Shown here: positions 23,525 to 33,666 of the stretch, one piece after another
Layout of the letters: each line of letters starts with the position of its first letter
Numbering within the stretch: position 1 is the stretch's first letter
Position numbers and translations under genes: made by a program
Assembly (NCBI GenBank): GCA_963708075.1
Contig: OY970194.1
Span: 448,001 to 512,000 of the forward strand
DNA length: 64,000 nucleotides
Origin: Sedimentisphaerales bacterium
GTDB lineage: Bacteria > Planctomycetota > Phycisphaerae > Sedimentisphaerales > Anaerobacaceae
Direction of reading: 5' to 3'
Notes under the pieces: generated by a model
Seen by the model: only the letters and a program-made list of their open reading frames with translations
Databases searched by the model: none
Told to the model about the DNA's origin: nothing

Positions 23525-24088
23525 CTATTTTTGCCTCTTTTGTAGGTTCAGCAACTGGTTGACGGTGCGGGTCAGCCTGCCCTTGACGGAGTTGTCGACC
23601 ATTTTGTCGCCGTAACGGATGATCAGGCCCCCAAGGATGGCTCCGTCTATATGTACATCCAGGTCGATCTTCACGTTCATCGCCTCGGCCAGATCCTTCG
23701 AGAGCTTCTCCATCTCTTCCTTGCTCAGGGGCTGCGCCACGGTCACGTCCACGGGCTGATATCCCTGGTACAGGCGGTAGAACTGCCTGTATCGCCCGAT
23801 GATCGCGGGCAGGAACCGGCCGCGATTGTGGTCGATCATGACGGACAGGAAGTTGAGCGTCAGGCTCTCCAGTTTCCCTGTGAAGACCTGTCGGATCAGG
23901 TCCCGCTTGGTCTTCTCGTCGAAGTACGGGGAGGCCAGAAAGGCCTCGAAATCAGGGTTCTGCGTCAGCAGCGTTGAGATCGTATCGAAGTCGGCCGCCA
24001 CGGCCTCGACCAGTTGTCCTTGCTTGGCCAGGTCCATCAGGCTCCGGGCGTAAATGTCGGCGAGATGGGCGGCCGTCCCCGTGCTCAT
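23525..24088 (-). CDS. atpH: F1 ATP synthase delta subunit
   Basis: [27 protein letters not shown]. Confidence 0.93.
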   Translation of the reverse strand: MSTGTAAHLADIYARSLMDLAKQGQLVEAVAADFDTISTLLTQNPDFEAFLASPYFDEKTKRDLIRQVFTGKLESLTLNFLSVMIDHNRGRFLPAIIGRYRQFYRLYQGYQPVDVTVAQPLSKEEMEKLSKDLAEAMNVKIDLDVHIDGAILGGLIIRYGDKMVDNSVKGRLTRTVNQLLNLQKRQK

Positions 24089-24673
24089 TGCGAGCCTCCG
24101 GTCTGCCTGACCTTCTCCACGGCCTCGTTCGCAAGCTGCTGGTTATCCGTGCCGGTCAGTGTGCGCCCGAGCACCTCGCTGCCCACACGAAGGACGATGT
24201 CACCCGCCTGTTTCCAGAGGTCCTCCACGGCCGCCGCACGCGCGCTCTCGATCTCCTCCTGGGCGCGGTGCCGTATGGCCAGGACCTCCTGGCGGGTCTT
24301 CTCCGCCATCTCCTGCTGATGCCGCTGGGCCTGCTCCGCCGCTTGCCGGATGATGCCCAAGCCCTGTTGCTTGTAGTCGTCCAGCATCTTCTCGGCGCAG
24401 GCGCGAATCTTCGGCCGTTCGCAACTGGTGCTCGATGTGGGTCTGCCGCGCAATGAGGGAGTTGAGCAGCGGCTTCCACGCGAACTTGCCCAGGACCAGC
24501 AGCAGGGCCACGAAGGCGAGGACCGTCCACAACGAATCGCCAAAGGTGCCGCTGAAGAGTCCGCCACTGGAAGCTTCCGCCTCCGCTTCGGCCTCTGCAC
24601 CATGACCCGCCAGTGCGATGCCGCCGGCCAGGAGGATCAGGACAAGGGCACAAGGTAGTGCATATTTAGCCAT
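24085..24673 (-). CDS. atpF: Fo ATP synthase subunit b, frameshift near 24405 (probably sequence error)
   Basis: WTVLAFVALLLVLGKFAWKPLL...ARQTHIE in one frame continues as AEKMLDDYKQ...AQEEIESARAAA in another. Confidence 0.85.
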
Positions 24674-24685
24674 AGGAATCCGCGA

Positions 24686-24967
24686 TTATTTCAGCCAGAA
24701 AACGGCCAGGAAGCAGATCAGCAACGCAAAGAAGGTCACGCCTTCGATGAGCGCGGCGGCAATAATCATGGCGGAGAAAATCCGGCCGCCCGCCTCCGGC
24801 TGTCGCGCGATCGAGTCCACGGCCCGGCCGCCGATGAGCGAAATGCCCATTGCAGCGCCGACGATCACTATGCTGCAGGCAATCACTGCGCCGAAGACCG
24901 CCAACTGCGAGTTCCCGGCGCCGCCCGCGGCGGCTAGAACAGATGAGGTCAAGTAGTCCATTTCCAA
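24686..24967 (-). CDS. atpE: Fo ATP synthase subunit c
   Basis: IARQPEA loop; AALIEGVTFF with conserved carboxylate. Confidence 0.96.
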   Translation of the reverse strand: MEMDYLTSSVLAAAGGAGNSQLAVFGAVIACSIVIVGAAMGISLIGGRAVDSIARQPEAGGRIFSAMIIAAALIEGVTFFALLICFLAVFWLK

Positions 24968-24982
24968 GTCTCCAAAAAGATG

Positions 24983-25795
24983 CTAATGCTCTGAACTGAC
25001 GGAAGATCCTATGTACAGAGTAGACAAAAACGTGAAGATATACGCCTGAACAAAGGCCACGAGCAACTCGAGGAATGACAGGGCTACGACCGCGAAGATC
25101 GAGACTGTCGCCACGCCGAGATTCTTGAAGACGAAGACCAGGCCGAAAATCGTTCCCAGCACCATGTGCCCGGCGATGATGTTGGCGAAAAGACGAATCG
25201 CCAGCGTGAACGGCCGGACGAATATGGTCACCATCTCCAGCGGGTACACCAGGGGCAGCAGCCATGTCGGTGACGGCGGCGCCAGGTTGATCAGGTAGTG
25301 AATGACGCCATGCTGCCGGATTCCATAAACGTGCGTCATCACAAAAGACACCACCGCTAATGCACCGGTGATGAAGATATTCGCCGTGGCGGGACCGCCG
25401 AAGTGGCTTTTTCTTCCGGTGGCCAGGCCGAGGATCTTCTCCGTGGGCACCATGGCCACCAGGTTGAGCGTCAGAACGAAGAAGAAGGTCGTCCAGATGA
25501 AGCCGATATGCTTATCCGTGTGATGCCCAAGGATCGGTCGGGCCATCTCATCACGCAGAAACACGCAGACGGATTCGACGAGGTTCTGGAACCCTCGGGG
25601 GATCAGCTTCGGCGACCGTGTCGCGATCGGAATGGCCAGCAGCAGAAGCCCCGCCGTCACGAGGACCATGAGCGCGTGATTACTCAGGACCAGTTGCCAC
25701 GACCCGATGTGGAACGTGAACAGCGGCACTGCTGTCACCGGCTCCAGCGGATTCAGTTCGGCCAGAGTTGCAAAATATGCACCAGTCATGCTCAT
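24983..25795 (-). CDS. atpB: Fo ATP synthase subunit a
   Basis: RPFTLAIRLFANIIAGH, ELLVAFVQAYIFTFLS. Confidence 0.96.
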   Translation of the reverse strand: MSMTGAYFATLAELNPLEPVTAVPLFTFHIGSWQLVLSNHALMVLVTAGLLLLAIPIATRSPKLIPRGFQNLVESVCVFLRDEMARPILGHHTDKHIGFIWTTFFFVLTLNLVAMVPTEKILGLATGRKSHFGGPATANIFITGALAVVSFVMTHVYGIRQHGVIHYLINLAPPSPTWLLPLVYPLEMVTIFVRPFTLAIRLFANIIAGHMVLGTIFGLVFVFKNLGVATVSIFAVVALSFLELLVAFVQAYIFTFLSTLYIGSSVSSEH

Positions 25796-26038
25796 GTTTC
25801 TTCAGGTATCATCCACGATTTCACGGGTACCACGACCAACGGCACCCACAGGATGCCACGGGTCAAAATTGCGAGCACAGCCGTCCAAACATAGAAAGCG
25901 TGCACTATACCATTGCCTTCATGCAAGAGCAAGAGCCATCAACGTCAGGCAACAGCTTTTTTCTGTGCGGATGACTGAGGCTCTCGTCGGCCCCTCGACA
26001 CAACCGGCACAGGCTGTCCAAGTGGCCCATGCTGTGCT

Positions 26039-27607
26039 TCATTTGCTGTCCACCGTCACGCCGGGCCACGTGTCGGTTCGGAACGGTGACGCCGGCAGAC
26101 CTGCCTTGTTGTACAGGTTGCACACGGGGTTGTCCGCCCAGGCATAGCGCACGGCCACCGGCTCCGTGACCTTGTCACTGCTGACGACAACAGTGTCGCC
26201 TTCGATTCTCGCGTCGGCCCACACGAACTTGTGGTCTTGCCCGGCGATGGCAAAGCCCTTCAGAGGCCCGCCGTCCTTGGCTGCGAGCCCTCCGCCGATA
26301 TGATCGAAGCGCAGGATGATCTTGTTGTCTTTCTTTTCCATGGATTGATAGAGCGGGCCGGAACAGACTACGTTCTTGCCGTGGATATGGGCCAGCGCCC
26401 AGAGCGCCAGGCGTTTCCCCACGTCCTGCTTGTTCGTGGGATGGATATTATTGGCGTCGCCGATATCGATGGCGACGGCCATGCCGGTATCGGGCAGGTC
26501 CAGAGTCATCAGTTGGGCCTCCCGAAGCTCGGCCCAGGCGCTCTCGCCCGGCTCGTCCTTCGTCTGCATGTAGTTGGCGAGCTGCACGTAGAGGAAGGGG
26601 AAACCGCCCTGGGGCCACGTCTTCCACCAGCTCTTGATCATCGCGGGGAAAAGATCGCGATACTGGCAGGCGCGGCCGGCGTTCGATTCACCCTGGTACC
26701 ATGTCGCGCCGCGGATGGCGTAAGGAACCAGCGGTGCGATCATGGCGTTGTGGAGGCTCGCCGGGGCCCAGGGACTTGTCGGACCGAGAGGCTCCCGTGG
26801 CCTTGATGGCGCCTTGGTCCCTTCGGCCTTGGCCTTCTCGACATTCTTCTTCCATTGCTCCAGCTTCTCGTCGTATTCCTTTTGGGCCGTTGGGTAGTTG
26901 GCGACTGCCTCCTTGTAGCGAGCGACGATGGGCTCGAAGACCGTGTCTTCCTCGATCACCGCCGGGCTGGTCCACGACTCCGCGGGCGTGCCGCCCCAGG
27001 AGGTGTGAATCAGGCCGACGGGGACATTCAATCCCTTGTGCAGTTCCCGGCCGAAGAAGTATGCCACGGCGGAGAAATCGCCCACCGTCTCGGGACTGCA
27101 TTCGACCCATTTGCCCGTGCAGTTCTCCTGCGGGGTCTGGGCGACCTTGCGCTCGACGGAGAACAGCCGCATTCTAGCGTACTTGGCCGCCGCGATCTCC
27201 TGCTCCGCGTTGGCCGATTGTTTCACCGGCCACTGCATGTTCGACTGGCCGGAACAGACCCAGACCTCGCCCACGAGGATGTTCTTGACCGTCACGGCGT
27301 TCTTGCCTTTCAGCGTCATCTCGTACGGGCCGCCGGCTTCCGGGGCCGACATCTTGAACATCCACTTGCCGTCGTCGCCGGCCTGGATCGTCCATCCTGT
27401 CTTGTGCCAACTGACGCTGACGGCGATCTCCTCGTTGGGGTCCGCCCATCCCCAGATCCGCACGACGTCGCCACCCTGCAGGACCATGTTGTCGCCGATG
27501 ATCGAAGGCAGACGGATGTCGGCATGTGTCATCGGCCCGAACGCCGCAAGGATGCCGAACACAGCGAGAATGGTCAAACAGCGAGAAGTGGTGTTTCTGT
27601 CGTACAT
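26039..27607 (-). CDS. Sialate O-acetylesterase (SASA) family protein
   Basis: GDNMVLQ, GEVWVCSGQSNM, WYQGESN, IHPTNKQDVGKRLA, LPASPFRTD. Confidence 0.92.
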   Translation of the reverse strand: MYDRNTTSRCLTILAVFGILAAFGPMTHADIRLPSIIGDNMVLQGGDVVRIWGWADPNEEIAVSVSWHKTGWTIQAGDDGKWMFKMSAPEAGGPYEMTLKGKNAVTVKNILVGEVWVCSGQSNMQWPVKQSANAEQEIAAAKYARMRLFSVERKVAQTPQENCTGKWVECSPETVGDFSAVAYFFGRELHKGLNVPVGLIHTSWGGTPAESWTSPAVIEEDTVFEPIVARYKEAVANYPTAQKEYDEKLEQWKKNVEKAKAEGTKAPSRPREPLGPTSPWAPASLHNAMIAPLVPYAIRGATWYQGESNAGRACQYRDLFPAMIKSWWKTWPQGGFPFLYVQLANYMQTKDEPGESAWAELREAQLMTLDLPDTGMAVAIDIGDANNIHPTNKQDVGKRLALWALAHIHGKNVVCSGPLYQSMEKKDNKIILRFDHIGGGLAAKDGGPLKGFAIAGQDHKFVWADARIEGDTVVVSSDKVTEPVAVRYAWADNPVCNLYNKAGLPASPFRTDTWPGVTVDSK

Positions 27608-27835
27608 CGTCTACTCCTTCATTTCCAGGCGGGCCCGGGTACGGGATCTTGCATGCGTGACAGGACCCGGCCTCAAGCCCATGGCGAAAACCCGGACCAC
27701 TATACGAAGGCGCGCCCGGATAGTAAATAGTAAAAGGAAAGACGCTGATTCACGCCTGCAAATTGCACGCGGCGGGGGACCATTCCGTGCATGGCCGGAT
27801 TCCCGCCTCCTCCGAAAAGAGCGTGGCATCGACAT

Positions 27836-27909
27836 GTAGGGTGGGTTCTCAACCCACGCGTCAAGAACGTTTCGTTTGGGGAACCGCGTGGGTCAAGGAC
27901 CCACCCTAC
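27836..27909. repeat. REP doublet (REPIN-like): two inverted GTAG-hairpin REPs
   Basis: GTAGGGTGGGTTCTCAACCCACGCG...CGCGTGGGTCAAGGACCCACCCTAC; same REP recurs near 62372, 62592 and 62738. Confidence 0.8.
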
Positions 27910-28099
27910 GAGCGGCTCCCCAAGCCATCCTTTATTCTCTTGGGGTGAGCCGAAGACTCATGACCGGCTTCACGCGAACGACATGTGGCAGCCTTGCCAT
28001 GTTTCGTTGTGTTAGAGGCTGCTGGTGTGATAGAGTAGTTGCATCGTTCGCAAGCGACATCCGTAGAAACGAGATCCTGTTCTGATTGTGAGGCGCCGT

Positions 28100-29359
28100 A
28101 TGCTGCAAATCCTCCGTACCGCACGACTCTCACTGTGCCTTGTGCTTTTCGCAGCCACGCTGAGGCTCCATGCCGCCGAGCCGTTGCAGGTCACTCTGAC
28201 CGATGTTGCGGAGAACGTTTACATCGAATCGCTGCACCTGACGAGCGACCAGGTGACGCCCGACTGTCCCCACTCCTGGTCCGTGCGCAAATATGTCCTG
28301 CACGGCGGCAGGCAGGAGGGTGTGGAAGTGATCGACGTCGATAACGGCAAGCTTCGTCTCCGCGTCGTCCCGACCCGCGGCATGTCCGTGCAGAACGTCG
28401 TCTCGGGGGACCTCCGGCTCGGCTGGGATTCGCCCGTCAAAGACATGGTCCACCCGGGGCTAGTGAACCTCGAATCGCGTCAGGGGCTGGGTTGGCTGGA
28501 GGGTTTCAACGAGTGGATGGTGCGATGCGGCCTGGAGTTCTTCGGCGGTCCCGGGACCGACGAGTTCATCGACAACACGGGCAACAAAGCCAAAATGGAC
28601 CTGACCCTGCATGGCAAGATCGGCAACATCCCCGCCTCAATGGTGCAGGTGGTGGTTGATCGCGCGGAGCCGTACGAGATCCGGATTCGCGGCAGGGTGG
28701 AGGAAACCTGCATGCACGGCCCGAAGCTGGAGCTGTGGACAGAGCTCTCGACGCGGGCCGGCTCGGACGCCTTCCGTATCTCCGACAAAATCACTAACCG
28801 CAGCGCCAAAGAGCAGGAGTTCGGGGTCCTGTACCATGCGAACTACGGCCCGCCCCTGATGGAGGAGAACGCCCGGTTTATCGGACCGGTCAAGCGGATC
28901 GCCCCGATCAACCCCAATGCCGCGGCTGATGTCTCCAGTTATGACGTCTGCCGGGGCCCGTCGCCCGGCGTGGCCGAGCAGGTCTACTGCCTGTGGTTGT
29001 GGGCTGACCAGAGCGACCGCACGAAGATCATGTTTCGAAACGCCCGGGGCGACAAAGCGGTTGTCATGGCTTTCTCCGTGAAAGAGCTGCCGTACTTCAC
29101 GATCTGGAAGAACCCCGTCGCTCTCGAAGATGGGTACGTCACCGGCCTGGAACCGGGCACGGGCTTCCCCCGCAACAGGTCCATCGAGCGAAAGTCCGGC
29201 CGCGTCCCCGTCCTGGGCCCCCATCAGAGCCGCACGTTCACCCTCGATTTCCTCATGCTCGCCGACGCAACCCGGATCGCCGAAACCGCCCGCGAGATCG
29301 CGAGGATCCAAGCCGACCGCAAAACCCAGATCGACGAAAAGCCCCTGCCCCTGGAGTAA
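28100..29359 (+). CDS. Aldose 1-epimerase-like protein (DUF4432/YihR type), secreted
   Basis: LHGGRQEGV, VVPTRGM, LGWDSP, LHGKIGNIPA, YHANYGPP, GYVTGLEPGT. Confidence 0.85.
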   Translation: MLQILRTARLSLCLVLFAATLRLHAAEPLQVTLTDVAENVYIESLHLTSDQVTPDCPHSWSVRKYVLHGGRQEGVEVIDVDNGKLRLRVVPTRGMSVQNVVSGDLRLGWDSPVKDMVHPGLVNLESRQGLGWLEGFNEWMVRCGLEFFGGPGTDEFIDNTGNKAKMDLTLHGKIGNIPASMVQVVVDRAEPYEIRIRGRVEETCMHGPKLELWTELSTRAGSDAFRISDKITNRSAKEQEFGVLYHANYGPPLMEENARFIGPVKRIAPINPNAAADVSSYDVCRGPSPGVAEQVYCLWLWADQSDRTKIMFRNARGDKAVVMAFSVKELPYFTIWKNPVALEDGYVTGLEPGTGFPRNRSIERKSGRVPVLGPHQSRTFTLDFLMLADATRIAETAREIARIQADRKTQIDEKPLPLE

Positions 29360-29491
29360 CCCGCTGCATCTGCCTCTGCCGCCCATTGACAATCGGACCA
29401 CGGGCAGGCAACATGGGCGTCCATGGTCGGGACTGTGCGAGAGTTGGATATCGATGCCGTGCACCAAGCCCGCATCAGCGGCACCACGGAT

Positions 29492-29860
29492 TGGCAGGGG
29501 CGATTCGCGTCGTTTGCGATGGATGAGCGATACCTGCTGCGGGCGGCACGGTACGTGGAGTTGAATCCGGTCCGGGCGAAGCTGTGTCGGGTTCCGTGGC
29601 GGTGGCGCTGGTCGAGTGCGGCCGCTCACATGAGCGGACGCGATGACGGCCTGGTGCGAGTGGCACCTTTGCTGGAGCGCGTGAAGGATTGGCGGGAGTT
29701 CCTGACCGCGGCCCTGACGGCAGACGAAGCCGAGTTGTTGCGGCGTCACGGGCGGACGGGGCGGCCTCTGGGCGAAGCGGCCTTTCTGGATCGGATCGAA
29801 CGAAGGCTTCATCGAATCGTACGGCCGGCCAAACGCGGCCCAAAACCCATGGAGAAATAA
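29492..29860 (+). pseudogene. C-terminal fragment of a RAYT-like Y1 transposase
   Basis: WQGRFASF...ARYVELNPVRA...WRWSSAAAH...TGRPLG; the N-terminal HUH half is absent. Confidence 0.8.
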
Positions 29861-29892
29861 GTATTGTGTCCCTGGAACCCCCCTGGAACCCC

Positions 29893-30108
29893 CAACTGCT
29901 GATCTACGGCGTGTGCCGCTACAGCCGAGCGGGAGAGAGCTTGACCGCGTTGGCGAAACGCTTCGACATCTCACTGAGTGGCCTGACGATGGCCCGCGAC
30001 CGCGCCGAGCAGACGCTTCGTCGGGACAAGAAACTCCTGGAAGCCTGGTCGCAGATCGAACAGAGCCTTAAAGCACTGCGATGAATGTGAAATGTGTAGG
30101 TGTGACCC
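29893..30108 (+). mobile_element. 216-bp duplicate of the 3' end and right terminal repeat of the element at 30631-31766
   Basis: Matches 31551-31766, with one mismatch seen (caactgct vs caactact). Confidence 0.92.
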
Positions 30109-30200
30109 TATGAATCCCGTCAAGATGTGTCTTCTCCACGATAATGCCTTCGGGTGATAGACAGACTTTGCGGAAGTAGTGTTGTCAAGGGAGACTGCCC

Positions 30201-30551
30201 ATGCAGATACGTACAGTCGATGACTTGAAGAATGCGGCATGCATGATGCACGATTCGGAGTTCACGGACGAGAGTTTCGGCCTTGATAGCAGCACACGGA
30301 CGTTCTACATGGAATCGGTGGCTATTGATCCTCCGGGGGAAGTATTTCGGTTGGAGCTATACAATGTGATCGCATGGAACCCAGTGAATCTTGATAAGGT
30401 GAAAGCGGGGAAAGCTCTTGGCGGTGTATTCAACAAGGTCCGCATTAGGCACGGTGGATGCGAGATAGCCATAGTGAGCCAAGATCTTCGTATCGAATTG
30501 GAACTCACCAGCCTCGAGGGACGCTTTACGATCACGAAAGGCCAAGGGTAA
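30201..30551 (+). CDS. Hypothetical 116-aa cargo protein
   Basis: GGAG RBS before ATG; AT-richer than flanks; lies between element ends. Confidence 0.65.
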   Translation: MQIRTVDDLKNAACMMHDSEFTDESFGLDSSTRTFYMESVAIDPPGEVFRLELYNVIAWNPVNLDKVKAGKALGGVFNKVRIRHGGCEIAIVSQDLRIELELTSLEGRFTITKGQG

Positions 30552-30660
30552 GCAGTGAGCTGAAAGGAGCGGAGAACGAGGGACAATGACCTGTGAAAGG
30601 TCCGTACGTGACACACTGATTACGAATACGGGGTCACACCTACACATTTCACATTTGTTC

Positions 30661-30690
30661 TTGACGAGGCCCACGGGTCCGGTGTATTCT
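30661..30690 (+). promoter_or_regulatory. Putative sigma70-type promoter inside the left end, reading into the transposase
   Basis: TTGACG-18 nt-TATTCT; same geometry at 33260-33289 (TTGACC-18 nt-TACTCT). Confidence 0.45.
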
Positions 30691-30731
30691 GGCGGACGTT
30701 GGAGATCTGCTTGTCTGAAAGGAGACTGTGT

Positions 30732-31742
30732 ATGGCTCGTCCGTTGCGGATCGAGTATGCGGGTGCCTGCTATCATGTGATGAATCGGGGCAATGGGCGG
30801 CAGGCCGTGTTCACTGAGGCGAGAGACTATGAGCTGTTCCTGGAGCGGCTGGGCCAGTTCAGCCGGCAGTTCGAGGTGGGGCTGTTGTGCTACTGCTGCA
30901 TGCCGAATCACTTCCATCTGTACCTGCGGACCGAGCAGGCGAATCTCAGCCGCTTCATGCAGAGCCTTCTGACGAGCTTCACGATCAGCCTCAACCGCCG
31001 TCGGCGCAGCCGCGGGCACGTCTTCCAGGGCCGCTTCACGGCCCATCTGGTCGAGAATGACGCCTACGGCGGCGAGGTCTCACGCTACATCCATCTCAAT
31101 CCGGTCCGGACCAAGGCACTGCGGCCGGCGTCCGTGTCGGCCAGACGGCGGGCGCTGCGTGCGTTTGGCTGGTCGAGCTATGCAGCCTGCATCGGCTTGT
31201 CGCCGGGCCCGAAGTGGTTTGATCCCGGGCCGCTTCTGTCGGACTGGGGGGCGAGCCGACGCGTTCAGATGCGGCGATATGGCCAGTACGTCGAGGAAGG
31301 CCTGCTGCGGGAGTTGGACAACCCGCTGGCCCGACTGGAGGGCCAGACGATCCTGGGGACGGAGACCTTCCTTGACCACATTCGGCGGACCTACGTGCTG
31401 ACGCGAAACGCCGATCGGCGAGAGCAGCCGGCGTTCGAGCGGGCCCGGCAGTCGATTCCTTTTGACGCGGTGGCCGGCTGTGTGGGGCGCCACTGCGGAG
31501 TCCGGCCGGAGAGCCTGCTGACGCTGCGCGGCTCGGACCGCCGTGCGAGGCAACTACTGATCTACGGCGTGTGCCGCTACAGCCGAGCGGGAGAGAGCTT
31601 GACCGCGTTGGCGAAACGCTTCGACATCTCACTGAGTGGCCTGACGATGGCCCGCGACCGCGCCGAGCAGACGCTTCGTCGGGACAAGAAACTCCTGGAA
31701 GCCTGGTCGCAGATCGAACAGAGCCTTAAAGCACTGCGATGA
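30732..31742 (+). CDS. RAYT-like Y1 (HUH) tyrosine transposase with C-terminal HTH
   Basis: MARPLRIEYAGACYHVMNRGNGRQAVF, MPNHFHL (HUH), GHVFQGRF, RYIHLNPVR (catalytic Tyr), WSSY; C-terminal SLTALAKRFDIS helix-turn-helix. Confidence 0.92.
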   Translation: MARPLRIEYAGACYHVMNRGNGRQAVFTEARDYELFLERLGQFSRQFEVGLLCYCCMPNHFHLYLRTEQANLSRFMQSLLTSFTISLNRRRRSRGHVFQGRFTAHLVENDAYGGEVSRYIHLNPVRTKALRPASVSARRRALRAFGWSSYAACIGLSPGPKWFDPGPLLSDWGASRRVQMRRYGQYVEEGLLRELDNPLARLEGQTILGTETFLDHIRRTYVLTRNADRREQPAFERARQSIPFDAVAGCVGRHCGVRPESLLTLRGSDRRARQLLIYGVCRYSRAGESLTALAKRFDISLSGLTMARDRAEQTLRRDKKLLEAWSQIEQSLKALR

Positions 31743-31769
31743 ATGTGAAATGTGTAGGTGTGACCCTCT

Positions 31770-31985
31770 ATGACAATATCTGGTTGGTTCCGTGATCGTT
31801 GGGATTGGGATTGGGAGAGGCCAAAGCGTATGCGCGATAACCACCAGTACTGGGAGTATGACGATGGTTATCCATTTGCAGTTGTAGGAAATTGGGACGC
31901 ATGGGATTTGACTAATCTCGGCAGGCCTGGCACAACATGGAAATGGACAGAGATGGTCTCCTGGAAGGAGTTCTTCAACTGGTGA
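31770..31985 (+). CDS. Hypothetical Trp-rich 71-aa ORF, possibly the captured C-terminal fragment of a larger gene
   Basis: ATG 4 nt after the right terminal repeat with no RBS; stop immediately before the next ORF. Confidence 0.4.
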   Translation: MTISGWFRDRWDWDWERPKRMRDNHQYWEYDDGYPFAVVGNWDAWDLTNLGRPGTTWKWTEMVSWKEFFNW

Positions 31986-31987
31986 GT

Positions 31988-32522
31988 ATGACAAAGACGG
32001 GCGTATGCACGATGAGGGTCGCAGGGGGCATCTTCCTGTTACTGCTGTTGGCAGCAGGTTTAACGATCCTTGCGATGAGGCCTTTCCTCGGCACACGTGC
32101 CTCATTCAAACGCTTTGTGATTTGCCCGATTCCACGATCTGTCCAGAACATCAAGACGGACCTATGCAGGATATCGTCTCTTCGAGAACCGATGGTGGGA
32201 GGGATACCACGAGCGTGCAGTCATCTTGCGTTTTGAGATCGGTAGAGACGATCTCTTGCGTATAGTTGCAACACGTGGCTTTATGCCTGTGGGCGGCGGT
32301 TCATACATGAGTGAGATACTCACGCCTGTTGGCGATCACTGGGAGATCAAGCTGCCGGACCACGTGCATCACAAGACGCCCCGTTGGTTTGACTTGGCGA
32401 AATGGACGGCTCCGGAGAGCTGGACACTGGAAGAGGTGGACTCGATGCACATGAGCGTTCTGTTTTACAATGGGCAGCTCGGGTGTGCATACCTGGTCAG
32501 GTGGGAGTTGGACAGGGACTGA
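31988..32522 (+). CDS. Hypothetical membrane-anchored protein, frameshift near 32200; paralog of 32604-33203
   Basis: TM then SFKRFVICPIPRSVQNIK; second frame LRFEIGRDDL...PRWFDLAKW...LFYNGQLGCAYLVRWE. Confidence 0.65.
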
Positions 32523-32603
32523 CGACAAGACAGGAATGAGGTCGTGCGATTCCGGCGAAGCGACTAAGACGAGATTGACTGAGCAGACTAAATCCTTGAG
32601 AGA

Positions 32604-33203
32604 ATGAGCATGGCTGAGGAGAAAACGCATGCAGTGAAGCTCGCAGTGCCCATCCTCGTGGCGCTGTTTCTCGTTGTCTGTGGCGCTATCCTCGTGATGA
32701 GGTTCTTTGTCAGTCCTCGGCTGTCGTTCGGACGTTTGGTGGTCAAGCCGATTCCATCATCCGTCCATGACATAAAGCTGAACCGCTGCGAGATGTCCAC
32801 ACGGCGGGCGCGGCTGAACGGGGAGCGGCAATGGGCAGTCGTGCTGCGTTTTGCCGTCAGCAAGGACGACCTCTCGCAAATCATTGCGGCACACGCCCTC
32901 AAACGCGTAGACCTTACCGAGTATACGTATGGGAGACTCCAGTACGGATTCAGGGACGGACCTAACGCCCGGCATTACAGCGAAATAGAGCTGTACAAGA
33001 AGCGTCGTCCCGCTCCGCGTTGGTTTGACTTGGAGCAATGGAGGAACATCGAAACATACGTGTTGGAGCGAGACATTGATGGAGAAGGTTGGATGGATGT
33101 ATGGCTCCTGCTCTATAATGAGCAATCTGGGAGCGCGTACTTCATCCGGTACGAGGGGAACGTAGTTACTATCAGGAGGGGCGAGTTCCAATTTCCGCAA
33201 TAA
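32604..33203 (+). CDS. Hypothetical membrane-anchored protein
   Basis: TM then SFGRLVVKPIPSSVHDIK...LRFAVSKDDL...PRWFDLEQW...LLYNEQSGSAYFIRYE. Confidence 0.75.
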   Translation: MSMAEEKTHAVKLAVPILVALFLVVCGAILVMRFFVSPRLSFGRLVVKPIPSSVHDIKLNRCEMSTRRARLNGERQWAVVLRFAVSKDDLSQIIAAHALKRVDLTEYTYGRLQYGFRDGPNARHYSEIELYKKRRPAPRWFDLEQWRNIETYVLERDIDGEGWMDVWLLLYNEQSGSAYFIRYEGNVVTIRRGEFQFPQ

Positions 33204-33221
33204 AGGGGGTAATAAAGGGGT

Positions 33222-33634
33222 GGGGTCACGTCTTGAATAAGGAATAAGGATCTACTTGCTTGACCTCGCGTCGTGACATGTTGTACTCTGGTGTTCATGG
33301 GGAGGGAAGAAGGGGTCATCCATATAGGGTTCTTGTCAAGTACAAAAATACTCTCCCTGAACCGAAATTTTTACGCCTCTGCCGAGTCGGCGCTTCGGTC
33401 GGGCTCTGTCGGCCTGTGTTTTGCTGCGCGACAATCATCTCACGAACCGCTCCGGGCGTCCGGCTCTGCTTGGCACCTGCGAGTTCTCTCTGGTTTCATT
33501 CGTCGAGTCCGCCTGTCCCCAGGCGGCTCTCTCGCGCAGTCATCCATCCGGATCTAGGCCGGGCGTCACGGGCTAAACCTAGCGGAGGGGCGGTAAACGG
33601 GGTCACGTCCTGAATAAGGAATTACTCGCTTGAC
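33222..33634 (+). repeat. Two direct copies of a second left-end sequence (33222-33264 and 33599-33634)
   Basis: GGGGTCACGTC(T/C)TGAATAAGGAAT...TACT(T/C)GCTTGAC; the second copy precedes a RAYT-like start. Confidence 0.8.
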
Positions 33635-33666
33635 GGCACCGTGCGCGGCGTTGTGCCCTTGCGCTC

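Larger units (their letters stand above)
30631..31766 (+). mobile_element. Y1/RAYT-like element with perfect 25-bp terminal inverted repeats
   Basis: GGGTCACACCTACACATTTCACATT (30631-30655) is the exact reverse complement of AATGTGAAATGTGTAGGTGTGACCC (31742-31766). Confidence 0.85.
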
